Positions 56,875 to 64,000 of a stretch of DNA of 64,000 bases are shown piece after piece. The stretch covers positions 19,406,001 through 19,470,000 of the forward strand of contig NC_092671.1 in the NCBI RefSeq assembly GCF_964355755.1, read 5' to 3'. The stretch is from Antedon mediterranea (Eukaryota > Animalia > Echinodermata). The translations under genes and the position numbers were made by a program. Each line of letters begins with the position of its first letter. Position 1 is the first letter of the stretch. The notes under the pieces are model-generated. The model was not told the DNA's origin. It did no database searches and saw nothing but the letters and a program-made list of their open reading frames with translations.

Positions 56875-57079
56875 TCTTTTTTGGTTTCTGAAAAAACAAT
56901 GAATCATGAAATGTAAATTTAAAAAAATTAAAACTCAGCATGCCATAATACTTTTATATAGACTACAGCAGGCCTACATAAAAGGTAGGGAAAGTGGGTG
57001 GCCTTATTTATACTAGGGTCTAAGCTAGTAGTAGTAGTAGTACTAGGCCTAAGTAGTAGTACTACGTACTAGCTAGGAG

Positions 57080-57282
57080 GATTTCGATCCAAGTCGGCCC
57101 TAAACAGTCTCGGCCAAAGTCAAGTCGGCCCCAAGTCAAGTCAGCCTCGAGTTGACCAATTAGTTTTTGGCCAAGTTGACGTGAGGCCGAGTTGACTTGA
57201 GGCCGAGTTGGCTTGGGGCCGAGTTGGCTTGGGGCCGACTTGACTTTGGCCAAGACGATTTAGGGCCGACTTGACCTACACC
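57080..57282. mobile_element. Small palindromic MITE built from about 15-bp sub-terminal repeats
   Basis: caagtcggccctaaa / tttagggccgacttg inverted arrays; flanking direct repeat GCTAGGAG. Confidence 0.65.
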
Positions 57283-57639
57283 CGCTAGGAGGCCTAGAGC
57301 CACCAGACTCCTATTATAGGCCTAGAGGGCCTAGCCTAGGCTAGGCCTATATAGTCTTTAGTTTGTAGGTTAGTAGCCTAGCCTAGCCTAGGTAGAGTAG
57401 TAGGGGTACGGTTAAAAAATGCAGGCCTACTACTAGAGTGACGGGCAAGAAGTAGAGTAGGTCTGCCTAGGCCTACTCCTAGAGCCAGGCTAGTAGGCCT
57501 ACTAGGTAGCCTAGCTACACAATCAATATGCGGCCGGCCACGTCTCTCTTTTTCTCAAAAAACCATACAAACAAATCATCTTCTAGGCCTAGGAGGCCTA
57601 GACTAGCTATTTTAGGGATTTTACAACATTACATACTAT

Positions 57640-57900
57640 GAATTATACGTCCGGTTCAAATGTGCTTATTAATTTTCTAGACGTTCCTCTCTTTTTTAGT
57701 CTTTCCCGTCCGTGTGTGGACGTAGTGTGTGACGACGAGGCGCAGGGGGATCGGAGAAGAGAGAGCGAGTTGGTTGTTGTCGTCGATATGCAGAAATGAA
57801 TAACGGGAGACAAAATGGCTGGGATACCTTCAATTTGATCCGAACGTGACTGCGTGGAAGAGTCTAGTTTGACGAGTTTGTAGCATAGGCGGCGTCTTTT
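57640..57900 (-). promoter_or_regulatory. Probable CHTOP first non-coding exon and promoter
   Basis: CpG-rich stretch, YY1-like CAAAATGGCT at about 57810, donor-like GTATAA near 57645; acceptor ttttttcag just before the ATG exon at about 56888. Confidence 0.45.
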
Positions 57901-59429
57901 ATGCTCTATCTAATATAATTTATTTGAGAGCTTCTTTTCACTTTTAAAAGAGTGGCAAACTTTGTTGATAATGATGCGTCCAAATAATAGCTTTAAATGA
58001 AACAAAATAATATGTGCGTGTGTAAAATAAGCCTTAATTTTTAAAATAATGATATTGATTTAATTAACAATTTTGTAGCTTTTAATACTTAGGCCTACTA
58101 GGCCTACGCAGAAAATGGTTTTTAATAATACAGTATAGAACCCCTAATTAATAAGGGGACACTAACCCAATAAATTGTCCCGTTAGGATGTCGCCTACAT
58201 AGGGGTAGGCCTACAACTATTCAGGAGATACATAAGCCAAAAACGAAATTTGACCCTTAATAGGAGGTTTCGCGGGGAAGAAACCCAAAAAATATACCAA
58301 AATGAAAAAAATATTGACTGGAAGAATTGAAAATTTAGCAGTCAGAGTTTCACAAAAAAAACTTTCATACTTATTATCATAATTACTATAACCTTACTAA
58401 TTATGGTTAAAACAACATTTTTAGCCAAACCTTGAAAAAGTATTTAAAAACGATTTTTGCGGGAAACTCTTCATAGGCTATAGGTTCTAATATGTAGTTG
58501 GTTGAAAATTTATAACAGTTTGCTAATTTTCACAATGTTAGTAACGTAATTGTTATAAAACAGTGTCCCTTGTTAGTTTTCAACTTTTGTCTATCAAATC
58601 TAAGTAAACTTTTGTAATGAAATTCCTACAGTTAAATAAGTGTTAATGTATGTAGGCCTATATATTAAGACTTGTTTTGGGTGTTTTGTGTAGTAAAGAC
58701 GCATTCTATTTCAATAATATGTGCCTACTGCTGTAAGGAAAGAAGACAACTTGCAGCTTTATTTACAGCAAATTAGGTCTAACTGGAATTGATGATGAAC
58801 TACAAAATGTTGATAATAAAGTTTGCAGTACACCACGTATTAGTTCTGAAAAGAACTGTTGAGTTTCTCGACGTTTCGATCAATTATGCTTTGATCGTCC
58901 TCAAGAGTGAGAACTTTATATCAACATTTGATTTCGCCATGCAAACCTTCAAACATGACAATATAGAACTACAAAATGCTGCGCAAAGAAATTAAAAATA
59001 TCATAACAGAATTACAAGAACTTTCAACTATTTATTGCAATGGATGTAGTATTACTGCAGAAGACGACTATAGCTATGAGAATGTGGGCTGTTTAGCCTT
59101 TAAAAGAAGTTGGACATTTTTTTATATGATGATGTCAAATGATCAATAACAGACTTATTTTTATCAGCTCCTAATTATTTCTCTTTTCTAGAGTTGAACG
59201 ATTTTTTATAGAATATAATTGCTACCTTCTTCTCGTCATAATATATTCCCTATCAAAGTTTTGAATTTTACGTAAATTTGTGTAATGTTATAGTTAGCCT
59301 ATATTTGATGTTTTTTTTATTTGTTTCTTTATTAATCTAAATAATGATGATTTGTAAACAAGTTATTGACACTTTATTTCTTGACTTAATTGAATTTCTT
59401 TATTAGGTTTTTGTAAAGTAATATAATGA

Positions 59430-60110
59430 GGCCAAAATCATATATTTTATATTCGGGTGGCCATACGATGATGTCATAACATCCGAGAGGTAACAATTTT
59501 GCATGAATTCATATCTACAATCGAATCCGGGTCACGGTTGATCTCGAGGAGCTATAATAGATTAAAAATAGGCATGATTTTTACAATATTTTGTAAATTT
59601 TTAACTAAATCGCGCGCAAATGATGATGAAAAATGGATGGAAATGGTCTAAATTTTTTTTTTATTAGGCCTACTATACTTTTCAAGTAAAAAAAACATGT
59701 TTTTATACTCCGAACGACCGTACGCGTAAAAAAGTTCACAAGCATGGGCATTTTTGATATGCGCAAAATGCTATGATTCGCGTAGAAAATTTATTAAAAA
59801 TTATTTTTGCACATTTTAAATGCGCATGCGCGTGTAACTTTGTGTGAAACTTGCCATTTTTAATCTACAGAAAGTTTAATTCAATTTCTAACGTGTCAAT
59901 ACAAAATTACTTTTGGTTTTTAATCTATGATCGATCATTGGCATTGATTCGCGCGCAAGTCACGTTGCGCAACTCTTATAAAAATAAGAGGTGCACAACT
60001 TCACGTAAATTTCGATATGTTGACAAAGTTACGAAATTTTATGTTTACACGTTTTAGAGAAACGCGACAGACAAAAATAGGGTGGAAAGAAAGAAGAATA
60101 ATACAGAAAA
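59430..60110 (-). mobile_element. HINE-like element related to the 29.9-kb copy
   Basis: Shared blocks caatacaaaattacttttggtttttaat, tgacaaagtta and gtggaaagaaagaagaata. Confidence 0.55.
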
Positions 60111-60169
60111 AAAGTTGATGATGATCTCATACTGTCCCATAAATAATTTGTTTGTAATTTAAAATACAT

Positions 60170-61000
60170 GCGTCGACTCCTTCTTCGTGAGGGATATTAG
60201 TATACAACGATGAAACAACTAATGTAGCCAGAACAGAATTATTAGGTAAATTTTGAATTTGGTTAATTTTGCGGATAAAGTCCGTGGAGTCCTGAATGTA
60301 TGAAGGGAGATCATCACATTATGTAAATCATCCACATATACATACATTTTCTCTAAAGCAGTACCATTGCCCGAAATAATGGGTCTACAAGGATTACCTG
60401 CTTTGTGGATTTTAGGTAAGAAGTAACATTTATCTGGAACTGGATTAACCTGTGTCAAATGAGGTCCAATCTTAGGATCGATGAGTGTTTTTTTACCATC
60501 ACAGAAACAGGTTTTTCCACCTTATCTGCAATTTCCGGGTGGGATCTGTTGTTTAGCTGTCTTAAGGACTCCTCTTCGTAAAATGTGATGTCCATAGCGA
60601 CAGTGGTAGAACCTTTATCAGCGGGTTTAAGCATGTTTAATGATGATACCATTATCATTTGTTTTGAGCAGAATTTAAGTCCTCGGGAAAGAAGTTTTTT
60701 CTCTCCTTCGGAAACTCGACAATTAATTTCAACAACTGAATCAGAGGTGTTGCTCCGATTCTCGTTATAGGCCTAAGTCCGAAAGAACCTTCTGTAGGGT
60801 TTCCTATAAGCCCTGAAATCATCCGAAGGTAGAATCATTTGTGTTGAAATGACCAAGTCTGCAGGTAGACCAAATGTGTGATGTCCCCTTTGGGACATTA
60901 CCTTTGATTGCTTACGGCAATCATTGGCGATAATCCTGAGTTTGTTTTGAAACTCGGATGCAAAAAATTCTCTTTTTAACTTCTTGGTTCTAGAGTGAAT
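60170..61000 (-). mobile_element. Decayed Penelope-like retroelement (N-terminal RT region)
   Basis: KPADKGSTTVAMD..Y and YFLPKIHKAGNPCRPIISGNGTALEK..YVD are characteristic Penelope RT motifs; frameshifted. Confidence 0.85.
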
Positions 61001-62339
61001 TTCAACGTCAAACTCTTTGAGGATTTTTCGGCAATTTCTAATTTGGATCTCATTGAGTTGACAGGCATTTTTGTGAAGAAGAGCGTTCCAACGAGACGCA
61101 TGCCATCATCTGCGAATTGAATACCAGATGTGACATGAACTTTGAGTCCTTTTGGAGTCTTGCATGCACGGATGAAGGGCTAGTGTTTCCCGAAAGCTCT
61201 GCTAACTTTTCTGGCTGTTTTACTTTATTGTTTGATTTAGCTTTTCGCTTTTTTTGTATCGCCATTGAGATCCAGTCACTGATACCCACAGCATTTTCAG
61301 TATTTTGCCTTTGGATTTATATATAGAGATAGTAGGCCTACTATATAGATATAATAAACTTGGTCATGACATCATTCATTAAGAATAAAATAATTCATAT
61401 ACAATGATAAAAGGTACGTTTTAAATTGTTTACGAAAGGAAAAAAGAGATGAAGAGTTGACAATACTAGAATCTAAATGATTTCATAATAAAGGACCAGA
61501 AACGTGAATAAAATGAGAGGAACTTGTTAATCACACAAAAGGAATAGTTAATTGAAATTTATGTCTATTTTCTCTGATTGTGATTTGGAACAGCAATATT
61601 AAATAAATTGATCTTTGGAGAAGGAAGGTTGTTGAAAAAATATTGATACAACAATATCAATAATTTCATTCTAGTCACCTAGACTAACTTACGGTACATT
61701 CTAATTGTATTTGAAATATATAATACATGTAGTAGACTTACACACCTACCTATTTTTCAGAAGAAATAATATTTAATTGTAATTATTATGTGACTAAAAA
61801 GACAGGAGATGGGCATCGCTGGGAGATATTGCTTATGCCTAGCCTGTGTATCGTATCACGAATAGTACTACTGTAGCTCATCTGCTCGCCCCCTTGATTT
61901 AATGTAGGTCATGAGACAAATAGAACTAGAACGAAAATACACATCGATATGACAACTCATGCCGCAGTATTTTGAATCAGCTGAAGCATATAATAATAGT
62001 TGTTTTTGTGGTAGCCCGTATAACAAAGAGATACTCATATCTAGGCGATATGAACAAGTTGTTCAGCTGCTGCATAGTCAATTATTTACGAATCCTCTAG
62101 CCTAAATGTTACGCAAATTAAAAGACGACGCAGAAATAGTTTTTGAGATATGAGAAACCATCGTCATTATTCAACTCAAGATTTCCAACATGATCTGTCG
62201 GGTCAATTTTTGTTTCACCAATGTAAATATACAATTTGGTTTTTCCAACTGTTGATGTGATCCAAAAGTATATATTCTGTTTTTTCATTGTTTAATTTTA
62301 GAAAGTTATTTTTCATTCAGACACGCAATTCATACTAGA

Positions 62340-62640
62340 TACAATTTTGGAGCGATTTTAAAGAAATGTTACTGTGTGCCATTTGTAGGCTTAAATGAAA
62401 TATAAAGCTGAGTATCATCAGCATAAATATAGTACAGATCATATTTACTAATTATCACGAATCGGATGTAAATAATTAATTGTAAACAATTTTGCGGCCC
62501 AAGCACAGATCATTGTAGTACCGATAGTTTAATAAAGAGCTTTAAGATACATACATGTTGAGGTCTATTTTCCAAATATGACCGGCACCAATCAAGTGTA
62601 GGCCTATTTCCTTCATCACCAAAGTTACCATGGTAACAGG
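62340..62640 (-). mobile_element. LINE RT fragment
   Basis: Minus strand encodes YADDTQLY, with WCRSYLENR and SVLGP remnants upstream. Confidence 0.7.
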
Positions 62641-62984
62641 TGTACTATTTTTTCGCAAAAAAACGCCATTATTATTGTACCAATGTATAAAACAAAAATT
62701 GGCGTAAATTAATTATTGAATTTAGGAGATATTATTTTTTATTTTTCTTAGGGGGGTTTTCAGGAATTTCATAGATGGACAATTTTTTATATTTTTAAAA
62801 AGGCTATAACTCAGATGTTAACGGTTCAAAAGCAACCATGGTGTAGGCATGGTTGGTTGAATGGTTGCTCTTGTTGTTTCCATTAAAATTATCGTGGGCA
62901 ATCATGTAATTTCTGTGTAGTGTTTATAGATAAATGGTTGAAATTTACATTTTCTCATGTTATTTGTAGTATACAGAAATAGGT

Positions 62985-63160
62985 GTTAAAGAACCTAGTA
63001 CATCTTTCGAGACGAGTAGGGTGTTACCCCGGTGTACTAGTTCATTCATACACACACACACTGTCGTGGACAGACGTATTGGTGCCAGCCGTAGTTGGCT
63101 GCCGATTTCACAATGGTACCCTTAGTGGAGCAGTAGCCTTCAACTATGAAGAAGAATAAA
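62985..63160 (+). mobile_element. SINE-like remnant (Deu/Nin-like central segment, gaa-repeat tail)
   Basis: gagtagggtgttaccccggtgt segment and a terminal gaagaagaa tail; family assignment is from memory and uncertain. Confidence 0.35.
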
Positions 63161-63339
63161 AAAATAGAAGAAGAGAAGAAAACTTGACCCTAATTATCTC
63201 TTTAACATTACCCTTAAGATTCAGAATAACACATTTAATTTTGCATTAGGAGGAGTCTAGGTTATGTACAAATATAAATGTAAACCTAAATATTCAAAAT
63301 ATCATTTTTGAGTTAGCCATAAAATAGTAATAAATTATT

Positions 63340-63895
63340 ATAAGTTATTTATGGAGTAGAATTTGTTTAAGTTTAAAAGAAAATATTTTGTTTGAAGGTG
63401 CCATTTTAATTTCGTCGGGAAGATCATTAAATAATTTGGTGCCATGACTATAACGGATATTATGTTGCATTAATGTTAATTTGGTAAGGGGCGGGTGGAG
63501 GTTACAGGAGGATCTAGTTTTATGGGTATGAATACTATTATTTTTTATAAAGCTTCAAGAAAGTTTTAGTTGGAAGTAGACAGTTGACATGTTCATAGAC
63601 GAAGGTGCATTGTTGGAGGATATTGGTGTTTAGTTTTGGACAGTTAATAATTTAAGGTCAGAGAAAAGCTCACTAGTGTGATCTAGGCGTGATGCACCAG
63701 AGATAAGGCAAATAGCTTCTTTTGGAGAATAAAAATGTGGTTGAGGTTTGAGACATAGTTTTTTGCCCAGACAATATTACAGTAAGAAATAAAAGGTAAA
63801 ACAAGTGAACAATAAATCATGCGAAGGACTTCTTTGGGCAAGTAAAATGAAAGACGATATAAAATTCCAATTAGGTAAAGCATAATCTCTGTTAT
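63340..63895 (-). mobile_element. 3' fragment of an L2/Crack-like LINE ORF2
   Basis: GILYRLSFYLPKEVLRMIYCSLVLPFISYCNIVW...LQKK, followed by a typical LINE C-terminal remnant. Confidence 0.75.
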
Positions 63896-63905
63896 GTTGT
63901 TATCA

Positions 63906-63988
63906 GATTCTATAGTGTAGTGGTTATCATCTGCCCGGCCATCTGCCTAACACGCAGAAGGTCCCGAGTTCGAGCCCTGGCGGAATCA
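63906..63988 (+). pseudogene. tRNA-Val(AAC)-like pseudogene with about 10-nt insertion
   Basis: GATTCTATAGTGTAGTGGTTATCATCTGCCCGGCCATCTGCCTAACACGCAGAAGGTCCCGAGTTCGAGCCCTGGCGGAATCA: duplicated CATCTGCC, mismatches in acceptor and T stems. Confidence 0.65.
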
Positions 63989-64000
63989 CTCTCAACCTAG

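Overview
AT-rich, intron-containing animal genomic DNA. It looks like an invertebrate deuterostome such as an echinoderm; this is inferred from protein sequences and repeat content, not proven. I reconstructed four conserved spliced genes by hand with consistent GT-AG phases: the 5' part of CSDE1/UNR (- strand, runs off the left edge), complete LMAN1/ERGIC-53 (+, 13 coding exons, about 496 aa), complete SMAD4 (-, 11 coding exons, about 635 aa) and complete CHTOP/FOP (-, 4 coding exons, about 298 aa). Introns and intergenic DNA hold decayed LINEs, Gypsy and Penelope fragments, SINEs, many MITEs, Helentron-type non-autonomous elements (one carrying two tRNA-Val-like copies) and a 2.6-kb foldback element. 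The strongest signal is a tandem array of small intronless genes nested in SMAD4 intron 3. It has two intact 172-aa copies plus remnants, the intact copies have a CCAAT/TATA/Inr promoter and poly(A) signal, and the protein carries a clear BH3 motif (LSRIGDDID) preceded by a BID-like caspase site. Also notable: the SMAD4 nuclear-export-signal micro-exon is tandemly duplicated with only 41 nt between copies, suggesting mutually exclusive splicing, and a MITE sits inside a SMAD4 splice donor. No prokaryotic system or CRISPR array is present.
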